Part shown: positions 30,572 to 39,340 of the stretch, piece by piece
Layout of the letters: each line of letters opens with the position of its first letter
Numbering within the stretch: position 1 is the stretch's first letter
Assembly: GCA_023205875.1 (NCBI GenBank)
Contig: CP060765.1
Coordinates: 310,001 to 374,000 of the forward strand
Source of the DNA: Chloropicon primus
Taxonomy: Eukaryota
Direction of reading: 5' to 3'
DNA length: 64,000 bases
Notes under the pieces: generated by a model
The model's input: the letters and a program-made list of their open reading frames with translations, nothing else
Told to the model about the DNA's origin: nothing
The model's database searches: none
Position numbers and translations under genes: made by a program

Positions 30572-33500
30572 ATGGAGACGACGACTCCTTCCCTTCCTTG
30601 GGGACGAAGCGAAGGCTCGAGCACAGGGGGAGAGGAGGACCCTCGCGACGACCCCCCTCGAACCATGCTCGCGGGGACCCTGCAAGTGTTGGAGGAAGTG
30701 AAGCTTACCCGAGGGGAAGTCCTGCACAGGTTCTCACTGACGTTCGTGGACCCCTCCGTGGAGGAGAGTTTTCGGAACCAGCACGCCGTCGCTCACGAGC
30801 AGCTCACGTACACGGGGTACTTCCTGCAGCTCCTCATGGGCGCAACCATAGGATTCGCGGGCGCTTTGCTCGGCCGGGGGTTCAAGGACCAGCAGTGCAA
30901 GCGGTTCACCAGCGTCGCCATGGAGACCTTTTGCCAACAAGTGCTTGGGTCTCGGGAGATTACGACCTTGGAGAAATTCGCGCTGGAGAGTTTGAACACG
31001 ACATTGGCAAGCGTTCTGCTCACGGAGGCCCGCACCGGCAAGCTCGGGCGGATGGAAGAGTCTTCCTTCATGCTCATCGAAGCAGACGCGCTCATGATCA
31101 TGCTGGTGAACATGATTTGGTTGCTGTTCATCACGGCGCTGGGAGCTGCGGTGCATTGGAGAATCCACTACAGGTCCGACCGGCTGCAGCAGGGCGCAAG
31201 GTGCTCCCTTTCCTCCTTCGTGACCTTGAGGGACCTGAAGAGGAAAAGGTGGGCCACCCTCGCAAGTTTCGTCGTGTACACGCTGGGGCTCGCCGGGTTC
31301 TGCGGCTTCGCGGTCGTCGTTTCGAGCTACGACGCCTTCTGGCAGATGCGCCTGCTCCTGTGGTACGCGTTCCTTTTCTTAATCGGGATTTTCTTCACGG
31401 GAATGTTGTTCTGGCAAGCGGTGGCCATGAGCGTAGTCGGGACTGCCTGCTTCATTGGCTGTTCCGTTCCGATCTTGCTCCACAACAGGGGCGAGATGAC
31501 TGGTGGGCTGACAACTTTGATCGAGATAGAGCCCGTCTTCGAGACGGTTGTTTATTGCGGAACTGTGGTTGAAAGCCTGTTCATGACCGCCCTCCTCGTG
31601 GTGAGCGCTTACCAGAACACCATGACGACGAGGACGAGCTTTTTACTGGAGTTGATGATCTTTTTGAAGCAAGACTTGATTCTTGACTCGAAAACTCACA
31701 AGCAGAAGATCCAGGAGGACTTTCTTCACAAAATCATGCCGCCTGCGATAGTGGAGCAGCTCATGAGCGCGGGGCTCGATCAGCGCGCGCCCGCATCGTC
31801 TTCCACGCACGAGAACGTGTGCGTCCTTTTCGCTGACGTCGTGGGCTTTTCGAGCTTTGCCAAGCAAGTTGATGCGGGGGTTGTTATGGAGTACTTGAAC
31901 AGCTTGTTCGCGACCTTTGATATCCTGAGCGACCAGTACGGCGTGTACAAGCTGATGACAATCGGCGACTGTTACGTCGCGACGACGGGTCTGGCGACTG
32001 GTCTGAACGAGGTGGAGGGACAGATCGTGGGGGACTGCAGTGGTGACATAGCTGCACGGCAAAACACTAGCGCAATGCTGGAGTTCGCGAAGGAGATGTT
32101 GATTCGTGCGAAACACGTCAAGAAGGGTCAATCCGGGGCAACGTCCATGAGAGTTGGCATGCACACTGGGCCCTGCAAAAGCGGCGTCGTGGGCGCGAAG
32201 AACTTCAGGTTCTGCGTGTTCGGAGAAGCGATGAGCACTGCAGCATCGCTAGAACATCTCGGCCAGCCAGACCACGTGCACGCCTCCGAGGTTGTCAAGA
32301 GCATGACGCCGCAAGAGAAGTGGAGCAAGTCGCAGAGGAGCAGCGGATATTTATTGCCTGTGGAGGGGTCTGCCATCTTGGGGATAGAGCCCTTCCGGGA
32401 ATCACAGGGTTCGCAGCAACAACTGTCGATACGGAGTGTTGACTGGGACCCGGATGAGGACTTTGATGTACGAAAGGCCACAGACTTTTATCTTCGAGCA
32501 AACAAGACGTTTGGAAGGAGCTCGGATCCCTCTTTGAGGAGCAAGTCCTTTCAGAGCAGGAAGGAAGTCGGCCGCTCTCATGAGAAGTTCAAGGCTAGCA
32601 TCCGGTGCGGCCACTTTCGGAATTTCGACATGGAACTGGCTTTCATCAACGAACACAGCGTGCTTCACAAAAACATTTCCTCCTTTATCATAGAGGTGGT
32701 CGCAGCAGCTATTCTGGTGGGGTTGGATAACCTGTTCTACGAGTACGAGAGGACGCTTTGCAGTCCCAGAGGCACTGGAGAGGAGGAAGAGCAAAATTTT
32801 TATTGCGACCTTCTATTTGGACCTCCAGAGGAAGACAAGAGGAACGAGTTCAATTGGAGTATGCTCTGCAGCATGGTCGTGATCAATATTGGTGCTGCTG
32901 CGTGCCACGTCTTTGTGCACAAGAGCAGGAGAGTGAAAAACAAAGCGTGGTCCATGGTCTCTGCAAACGTTGCGACCTTGATGAAAGTGGTAATCCTCGT
33001 GTCCTTGATGGTCACTGTTCATTCGGGAGACAATTTCTGGCCCGTGAAGCTCATGGTCTGGTACCAGGTCGTCGTCATGACCTCCATGTGGCTGACGGGG
33101 CTCATGTTCTTGCAGAATGTCGTGGTGTTCATCGTTTGCGTGACGGTTTACCTTGCTTTGACTCTCAACGTAGCGACGTGGCTGGACTTCAGTGTAGAAG
33201 GAGACGAGGCGGTGGCGGAGATGGACGTCGTGCTGACCTCAAGCTTGTACGCCACCACCACCCACTTCATATTTTTCATTCACATCGCGATGTTGGCAGC
33301 TTCCTTCGTCAACGAACGCCAATTAAGGGAAAGGTTCTTCGAGAGGCACCTTGTTGGCCTCCTCCAGGAAAAAGTGATTCAGGAGAAGACAAAGCTTGGC
33401 GAGCTGCAAAAAGACCTGCTGTTCAACTTCCTCCCGACTCGCGTTGTGAACCAACTGGAGAAAATGAGATTCAATCTGCAAAAGCTGAATCTCCTGAAGG

Positions 33501-34168
33501 AGGTTTCGCAGCGCCACCAAGGGGTCTGCATCACGTTTGCTGAGCTGGACGGCTTCGCCGAGCTCTCTGCCCAGGTAGATCCTTCCTCTGTCTTGAATTA
33601 CCTCTCGGAGCTCTTTCTGGTGCTTGATGGTCTGGGCGACGACCACGACGTGTACAAGGTGGAGACTGTGGGAGACCAGTATGTGGCCGCCGTCGGCGTC
33701 GTCACGGGAAAAATCTTGGACAGGAAAATATCAGCAAACACGTATTCTGACAGGATTCTCAGCCGCCTCTCCACGAAAAAAGGAATCTCTCCGCGCTCTG
33801 CAGACGAGGATACGCTACTAGACGTCTCCGTGTTCAACACAGCGCGGATGATAAGTTACGCCAAGGCCATCATGCGCAACGCAAAGGAGGTGGATTGCCC
33901 GGATGCTAGCGTACAACCCGCTTTGCGAATCGGGATCCACACGGGCCCCTGCATGAGTGGAATCGTTGGAAGCAAGAACCTAAGGTTTTGCTTGTTCGGA
34001 GATACGATGAACACCGCGGCCAGGATGGTTCAGACGGGCCGAGCTGCGTGCATTCACACCACAGAGGACGTGGTTGGCCTCGTCCCTGGCGAGCCCTGGG
34101 AGAGGCTGAAGAAGATCGAGGTGAAGGGCAAGGGGGTGATGCAGACGTATCTGATGCAGACGTCTTAG
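30572..34168 (+). CDS. Class III nucleotidyl cyclase, (multi-TM + catalytic domain) x2, probable guanylyl cyclase
   Basis: C1: VLFADVVGFS, KLMTIGDCY, RVGMHTG. C2: ITFAELDGF, KVETVGDQY, RFCLFGDTMNTAARM, VKGKG. Each is preceded by a block of hydrophobic helices. Confidence 0.88.
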   Translation: METTTPSLPWGRSEGSSTGGEEDPRDDPPRTMLAGTLQVLEEVKLTRGEVLHRFSLTFVDPSVEESFRNQHAVAHEQLTYTGYFLQLLMGATIGFAGALLGRGFKDQQCKRFTSVAMETFCQQVLGSREITTLEKFALESLNTTLASVLLTEARTGKLGRMEESSFMLIEADALMIMLVNMIWLLFITALGAAVHWRIHYRSDRLQQGARCSLSSFVTLRDLKRKRWATLASFVVYTLGLAGFCGFAVVVSSYDAFWQMRLLLWYAFLFLIGIFFTGMLFWQAVAMSVVGTACFIGCSVPILLHNRGEMTGGLTTLIEIEPVFETVVYCGTVVESLFMTALLVVSAYQNTMTTRTSFLLELMIFLKQDLILDSKTHKQKIQEDFLHKIMPPAIVEQLMSAGLDQRAPASSSTHENVCVLFADVVGFSSFAKQVDAGVVMEYLNSLFATFDILSDQYGVYKLMTIGDCYVATTGLATGLNEVEGQIVGDCSGDIAARQNTSAMLEFAKEMLIRAKHVKKGQSGATSMRVGMHTGPCKSGVVGAKNFRFCVFGEAMSTAASLEHLGQPDHVHASEVVKSMTPQEKWSKSQRSSGYLLPVEGSAILGIEPFRESQGSQQQLSIRSVDWDPDEDFDVRKATDFYLRANKTFGRSSDPSLRSKSFQSRKEVGRSHEKFKASIRCGHFRNFDMELAFINEHSVLHKNISSFIIEVVAAAILVGLDNLFYEYERTLCSPRGTGEEEEQNFYCDLLFGPPEEDKRNEFNWSMLCSMVVINIGAAACHVFVHKSRRVKNKAWSMVSANVATLMKVVILVSLMVTVHSGDNFWPVKLMVWYQVVVMTSMWLTGLMFLQNVVVFIVCVTVYLALTLNVATWLDFSVEGDEAVAEMDVVLTSSLYATTTHFIFFIHIAMLAASFVNERQLRERFFERHLVGLLQEKVIQEKTKLGELQKDLLFNFLPTRVVNQLEKMRFNLQKLNLLKEVSQRHQGVCITFAELDGFAELSAQVDPSSVLNYLSELFLVLDGLGDDHDVYKVETVGDQYVAAVGVVTGKILDRKISANTYSDRILSRLSTKKGISPRSADEDTLLDVSVFNTARMISYAKAIMRNAKEVDCPDASVQPALRIGIHTGPCMSGIVGSKNLRFCLFGDTMNTAARMVQTGRAACIHTTEDVVGLVPGEPWERLKKIEVKGKGVMQTYLMQTS

Positions 34169-34216
34169 CGTAACTTGAAGAATAATTCCTCTCAAATTTA
34201 TTTCTAGTAGTTCTTC

Positions 34217-35341
34217 TCACTTCTTTTTCTTGCTGATGACAGGGTGGACGGCGATCAAATCGCAATCCTCCAGACCCTCCGCCATCGCCTCCAAGAAGAG
34301 CTTGTTCGTCTCCTTGGCGACGGTCAGCGACTGGTTCACCTGCTCTCCCAGCTCCAGTGCCAACCTCAGGTCCTTCTGCATGTGCTTCATGGGGAAGGTC
34401 ACCTGCTCGGGCTTGTACAACTCGTTCTTCACGGCGTTCCCCTTGATCGTGTACCACGGACTCTGCAGAGCCCCGGCGCCGAGAACGTCGAAGAACTCGT
34501 CCCTGTTCAGACCCGACTTTTCGGCCAAGCCGATGGCCTCGGAGAACGTGGTCGTCATCGTCCCAAGCATCATATTAACGACGAGCTTCATCTTGGCGCC
34601 GTTGCCGACTTCTCCGAGGTACACGGACTTTTTTCCCATCACTTCAAAGAGCGGGAGAGCCTCCTTGTACACGTCCTCGTCGCCCGCGCCCAGGATGACG
34701 AGCTGGCCGTCCTCTGCCGGCTTCTTGCTCCCGGACACGGGGGCCTCGAGGAACCGGCCGCCCTTCTCCTTGATCGCCGCATGAATCTGAGCGCTGGTCG
34801 CGGCGTCGACGGTGCTCATGTCAACGATCGCCTTCCCGCTCGTGATCGCGCTCGCGATGCCATTCTCGCCGAGGGCCACCTCCAAGCATGCCTTGGGGTC
34901 AGCCAGCATGCACACCGTCGTGTCGCACTCCTCAACCACCTTGGCCGGCGTCTCGGCTGCCGTGGCTCCCAGCTTCACCAGCTCCTCGCACTTGGCCTGA
35001 GTCCTGTTGTAGACGACAACTTGGAACCCAGCCTTGATCAGGTTCGAGGCCATGGGCTTTCCCATGATGCCCAGACCAATGAACCCTACCTTTCCCATGT
35101 TCTCCGTCTCCCTTGCCTTCACAGCCACACACCGTCTCGGCCTCAAACCAGTATCGAACTTCGTCTTCTTCTTCGAGGAGAGGAAGGACGAAGAGCAAAC
35201 TTTCGTACAAGCCTTTCTCGCGGCACTCTGCCTCACCAATGCGTTCGTATCGCCGTGCGTTACGCTTCTCGAAACCGAAACCGTCCTCGCGGGCTTTGGA
35301 GCTCTGGTACAACCACTGGTGGTGGTGGAGCTCTGATCCAT
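34217..35341 (-). CDS. GLYR: Glyoxylate/succinic semialdehyde reductase (beta-hydroxyacid dehydrogenase family)
   Basis: GFIGLGIMG, YNRT..KC, DMSTVD, FLEAPVSGSKKPAEDGQL, MKLVVN and FPMKHMQKDLRLAL; transit-like leader. Confidence 0.88.
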   Translation of the reverse strand: MDQSSTTTSGCTRAPKPARTVSVSRSVTHGDTNALVRQSAARKACTKVCSSSFLSSKKKTKFDTGLRPRRCVAVKARETENMGKVGFIGLGIMGKPMASNLIKAGFQVVVYNRTQAKCEELVKLGATAAETPAKVVEECDTTVCMLADPKACLEVALGENGIASAITSGKAIVDMSTVDAATSAQIHAAIKEKGGRFLEAPVSGSKKPAEDGQLVILGAGDEDVYKEALPLFEVMGKKSVYLGEVGNGAKMKLVVNMMLGTMTTTFSEAIGLAEKSGLNRDEFFDVLGAGALQSPWYTIKGNAVKNELYKPEQVTFPMKHMQKDLRLALELGEQVNQSLTVAKETNKLFLEAMAEGLEDCDLIAVHPVISKKKK

Positions 35342-35383
35342 CGCACAACAACAACAACAACAATCAACTCGGTTTCAGCTTCA

Positions 35384-35432
35384 TCCCGGCGTCAAACGTT
35401 ACAAGCGACGGCTCGTTCGAAAGATCTCGAGA
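35384..35432 (+). promoter_or_regulatory. Bipartite upstream element, copy
   Basis: TCCCGGCGTCAAA-N22-GAAAGATCTCGAGA; the GAAAG box is 77 nt upstream of the GLYR ATG. Confidence 0.6.
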
Positions 35433-35672
35433 CAAAGGTTCGACGTAGTTCATCACCAATGACCCTGCTTCCCTCTCCCGCCCTCTCTCTCAAGCCACTT
35501 ACCTGGTTGATCTGCAAAAAGGTCGGCGCGGAAAGTCTCATTTGTGTGGATAGCGTGCTTGTTGCTGGACGGACGGTCCGGGCCTCCAGGAGCCTGACCT
35601 TGCGTTATGTTGGCAGTTTTCAGTCCGGTGACCGAGAGGTAGAGGTGGAGGGGTGGACTGGACGAAAGATCG

Positions 35673-35721
35673 TCTCAAGGGCTTTCGTTCGACACCTTCC
35701 TTGAGAAGTTTGTCAAGCGGA
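35673..35721 (-). promoter_or_regulatory. Bipartite upstream element, copy
   Basis: Minus strand reads TCCGCTTGACAAA-N22-GAAAGCCCTTGAGA; the GAAAG box is 77 nt upstream of the DENN-protein ATG. Confidence 0.55.
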
Positions 35722-35763
35722 GTGATCGGGAAAGGCTTTGCAGGGCTCGGAGAGGCTTGCTTG

Positions 35764-38700
35764 ATGGGCGTGGAAGGCATGGGCCTGAGGGTGCCTGAGG
35801 CGGAGCCCAGGGCGCTCGTGGAGGATTTCCTTCTTCTGAGAGCGAGGAGACATCGTGAAGAGCAACCTGGATCGTCGAGCGACCAGGCGTCTTGGTATGG
35901 AAGCCAGCGCTTGGCGACGTACCCGTCGGGAGGAGCCCGATCGACGCCTGAGGTGGAAACGATCTCGGCGAAGATCCTGGACACTCTGCCCAAGTTGTAC
36001 GAGTACGAGTGCTCGGGTACGGCGAGCGGGGGAGAGAGGGTGTTCCTTCCCCTGGCGGTGACGGACGAGCTGGGGCAGCGGTGGATCGCGTATTCTCTCC
36101 TCGTCCCCGAGGAGAGCGAGGAGGGGGAACAGATCATGATCCTGGTCGGCTTGTCTCGGCTGAAGAGGTGCTTTACGGGGATGTGTACACTACTAGAAAC
36201 GATACTGGAGACGAGCAGGAAAGCGGGAGGGGCTGCGGAGGCAGGAAAACTCATGAGTTGGGTCGCTGGCCTGGCTCCCTACCCTCTTCCGGGGCTGGCG
36301 TACCGGGTGGTGGTCGAGCCTTGCGGCGCGGAGAAGGCCATCGCGATGGGTTTCGGCAACTGCGCCCCGTCGAACATCCTGCCCTGCACGCTGCCCCCGC
36401 AGTTTTACAAACTGATTCAGATTTTGGGCATCCACGGGCTCTTCAAGCTGTGGATCTCCGCTCTCCTGGAGCAGAGAATCCTCCTCGTGACCAGCAAGAA
36501 GGGCCAGCTCGCCGCGAGCTTCCTCACCGTCTGCGCCGAGACTTTGCTGATGCTGCTGGAGCCTTTGAAGTGGCAGGGAATCTACGTCCCGTTCGTGCCG
36601 AACACGATGTCCGTTCTGGTGGAGGCGCCCACCCCCTACATCATGGGCATCTCAGAGTCCGGGTTCAGGAACGCGGAGCTTGACGATGGCATCGTGGAGG
36701 TGAACATCGACAACGGAAGGATATGCTTTCCTTCCAACTTGCCCGTCGTGCCCGAGTCCCTGGAGAGCAAGCTTGACATGATCGACACGACCTTGGGCGA
36801 TCCCCTGCAGCGGGGTTACTCCTGTGGCGCGTCCGGGCTGGTGTACTCGGCGGAAGAAATCCAGTACTTGCTCTTTCAGGTCAGGAAGTGCTTTGGCACG
36901 ATCCTCGTCGACATCGTGGAGAACACCAAGAAACTTTCTCAAAACGGAGCGAGGTCGCTGGAGGACATCAGGGACCTGAGAAACGGAAGGCGATTCAGTG
37001 GCGAGCCAGTTGGCTCTGCGACGGCATCGTCGCAAGCGAGCAGCAAGGAGCACTCGCCCCAGCAGGGGAACGCGGTGGAATTGACAAAGGGATATTCCTT
37101 CTCCCAAACTCCTGATGCGTCCTCGTCCAAGAAGAAGCTGTTTGTGCACAGAAGAGCGGTGTCCTGGGATTTCATGAGGTCCCCGCAAGTTCTCAACGCT
37201 TTGCAGAAGGGCGAAGAGGACGAGGAGCTGAAGTTTGACTTCATCCCCGCCACGGAGTCGTACGAGGACAGCTTGTACTTTTACGAGGAATTCTATCAGA
37301 CTCAAATATACCAGGAATTCCTTTCGTCTGGCTGGCCTGCAAACTGGCCGGCGTGCATGCAGTGGGAGGAGGACGAAATGAACAAAAGGCACTCGGCCAA
37401 CAAGGCTTCGCTGACCTTTAGGTTGCAACTCGGAAAGATCGAGGGCGAGGCTTCTTGCTCTTGCGCGGAGGCCGGGAAGGGAATTTCCAAGGGGTTGCCC
37501 CAGGCGTTTCAAGCCGCGGCAACGTTCCCCGCGGGGGCTCTCAAAGCGAGGTTGTACATTAATAGGGAAGGAGAAGACCTGGAGACTTTCGATGGGAAGG
37601 TTGGGATTGGACCACCGGAGAGCCCCGCAGACCAGCTCGAGCTTCCAGAGACAGGTTCCGGAGAGCCCATCGCGATTGTTGCGTCGTTTGTGGAAAGGTT
37701 TCTGATGTTGCAGCCGAGGGCGGACACCTTCTCTCCGTTGAAGCAAGCGACGCAGAATGCCAACGGCACCAGGCCTGCCAGCGGATCCGTTAGCGGCGAT
37801 CCCAGCAGAAGGTTCGAGCACTTGGATTACTTTGAGAAGGCCCTTGAGATCGGGGTGCAGACTTACTCTTGCATTCCCATGGGAAGGTTCTACAGATCAC
37901 TGGAAGAATTGGGCGAGCAAGACAGGGAGAAGGTAGAGTCGAGTCTTGGGCCGCACCTGTGCATGCTTCTCGAGCAAGTCCGCCTCTCCGATAATGGGGA
38001 CTCTCCCGGTTCGCCAGAGGGCGGGAAGGGGGCCCGCGATGCTGCAAAAGTCGAGTCGAGCCAGGACTTATGCACGACTCTCACTGCACCAGCGGCCCAC
38101 GACTTGTCGTCCCTGACAGGTTCGAACGACCAAAGGCCGCTGAACATGATCCAGCTGCGGTCCCACGAAAAGCTTGTGGACGAAAAGCAGCCCGAGGAGA
38201 TCATGCTCGTCTGCATCAGCACGGTCAAGATGCTCCTGACGATTCAGGCGAACAAGAACAACAACAAGGTGAGGCAGTACATCGATGCAAAGGACATCAT
38301 TGAGGTGGCGGAGAGCTCGGAGTACTCGTACTTCAGCGCCGCGACGTCCGACCTGGCCCACGTGGACCCCTCAACGCTTTCCCAGAAGCAAAGGACGGTC
38401 TTCTTCATCAACTTGTACAACTTGATGATCTTGCACGCCGCCCTGGAAAAGGCAAGGAACAGGAAAGAGGGGGACAGCAAGCTCCGCTGGTTGCCAAGAG
38501 CCTCCCCCTTCGGGTGGATGAAGTTCCTCCGCAACGCAACTTACAACGTCGGCGGCAACATTTACTCGGCGTTGGACGTGGAGCACTCCATCCTGCGGTC
38601 GTCTCGGCCCTACAACGACAACGTCTTCATCGGAAGGCTGCTGCCTTACTTCAAGGGAGACGACCCGAGGCTCAGGTGCAAGGTCGACCAGCAGATCCCT

Positions 38701-39063
38701 TTGCTGACCTTTGCCCTGTGCCCTGGGACCATGTGCTCGCCCCCCTTCAAGTGCTTTCACGAGTACGATTTCGACAACGAGCTCGTCTCCTCCGCCCAGA
38801 CCTTTCTCGCCAGGTACTGCCACACCAGGAAGAGGAGCAACATCCTCGAGGTGAGGCTCCCCCTGCTGCTCAAGTGGTACAGGCACGACCTCGGCCACGG
38901 CTCATCCAAGTCCCCAAACAAGTGGCTCATCTCCATCGCTTACCTGATCAAAGGCACAAAAGTGTCCAAGTGCATCCTCGGCGCGATCGACGACAAGCTC
39001 AAGATCATCGTCAAGTACGACACGTACAAGTGGGAGCTGGGTTGGATGCTCCAGGAATCCTGA
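35764..39063 (+). CDS. DENN-domain protein with C-terminal DUF547 domain
   Basis: DENN core ALLEQRILLVTS..LLEPLKWQGIYVPFVP..EAPTPYIMGI, dDENN FYEEFYQTQIYQEF, and DUF547 FFINLYNLMILHA..YNVGG..DVEHSILR..FALCPGTMCSPP..LLKWYRHD. Confidence 0.82.
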   Translation: MGVEGMGLRVPEAEPRALVEDFLLLRARRHREEQPGSSSDQASWYGSQRLATYPSGGARSTPEVETISAKILDTLPKLYEYECSGTASGGERVFLPLAVTDELGQRWIAYSLLVPEESEEGEQIMILVGLSRLKRCFTGMCTLLETILETSRKAGGAAEAGKLMSWVAGLAPYPLPGLAYRVVVEPCGAEKAIAMGFGNCAPSNILPCTLPPQFYKLIQILGIHGLFKLWISALLEQRILLVTSKKGQLAASFLTVCAETLLMLLEPLKWQGIYVPFVPNTMSVLVEAPTPYIMGISESGFRNAELDDGIVEVNIDNGRICFPSNLPVVPESLESKLDMIDTTLGDPLQRGYSCGASGLVYSAEEIQYLLFQVRKCFGTILVDIVENTKKLSQNGARSLEDIRDLRNGRRFSGEPVGSATASSQASSKEHSPQQGNAVELTKGYSFSQTPDASSSKKKLFVHRRAVSWDFMRSPQVLNALQKGEEDEELKFDFIPATESYEDSLYFYEEFYQTQIYQEFLSSGWPANWPACMQWEEDEMNKRHSANKASLTFRLQLGKIEGEASCSCAEAGKGISKGLPQAFQAAATFPAGALKARLYINREGEDLETFDGKVGIGPPESPADQLELPETGSGEPIAIVASFVERFLMLQPRADTFSPLKQATQNANGTRPASGSVSGDPSRRFEHLDYFEKALEIGVQTYSCIPMGRFYRSLEELGEQDREKVESSLGPHLCMLLEQVRLSDNGDSPGSPEGGKGARDAAKVESSQDLCTTLTAPAAHDLSSLTGSNDQRPLNMIQLRSHEKLVDEKQPEEIMLVCISTVKMLLTIQANKNNNKVRQYIDAKDIIEVAESSEYSYFSAATSDLAHVDPSTLSQKQRTVFFINLYNLMILHAALEKARNRKEGDSKLRWLPRASPFGWMKFLRNATYNVGGNIYSALDVEHSILRSSRPYNDNVFIGRLLPYFKGDDPRLRCKVDQQIPLLTFALCPGTMCSPPFKCFHEYDFDNELVSSAQTFLARYCHTRKRSNILEVRLPLLLKWYRHDLGHGSSKSPNKWLISIAYLIKGTKVSKCILGAIDDKLKIIVKYDTYKWELGWMLQES

Positions 39064-39340
39064 TTTGATCCTGATGGGGGGAGGGAAGCAAGACCGAAGC
39101 GGTCCGCCGACGCGCTTTGGTGATGATCACCATCATTGTGTATGTAACATGTAGAAATAACTTTGAAAAGGGCAAAGGGACAAAGGAACCGTCCCCAATC
39201 CCCAATCCCCAATCCCCAAACCACCATCATCACTCCTCCTCCCACCCTCTTGCCCACCCTCTCCCCTTGCTCCCTTTGGATGCTCCAGAGGACAGCTTCC
39301 CGCGCAAACCATATTACATCTGGCAAAAAGGAGGAGGAGA

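Noticed and set aside
13491..35704. Long antisense ORFs (13491-15014, 21517-22761, 25328-26578, 28186-29811, 34244-35704 and others)
   Set aside because: They are shadows of GC3-rich coding strands and carry no recognisable motifs.
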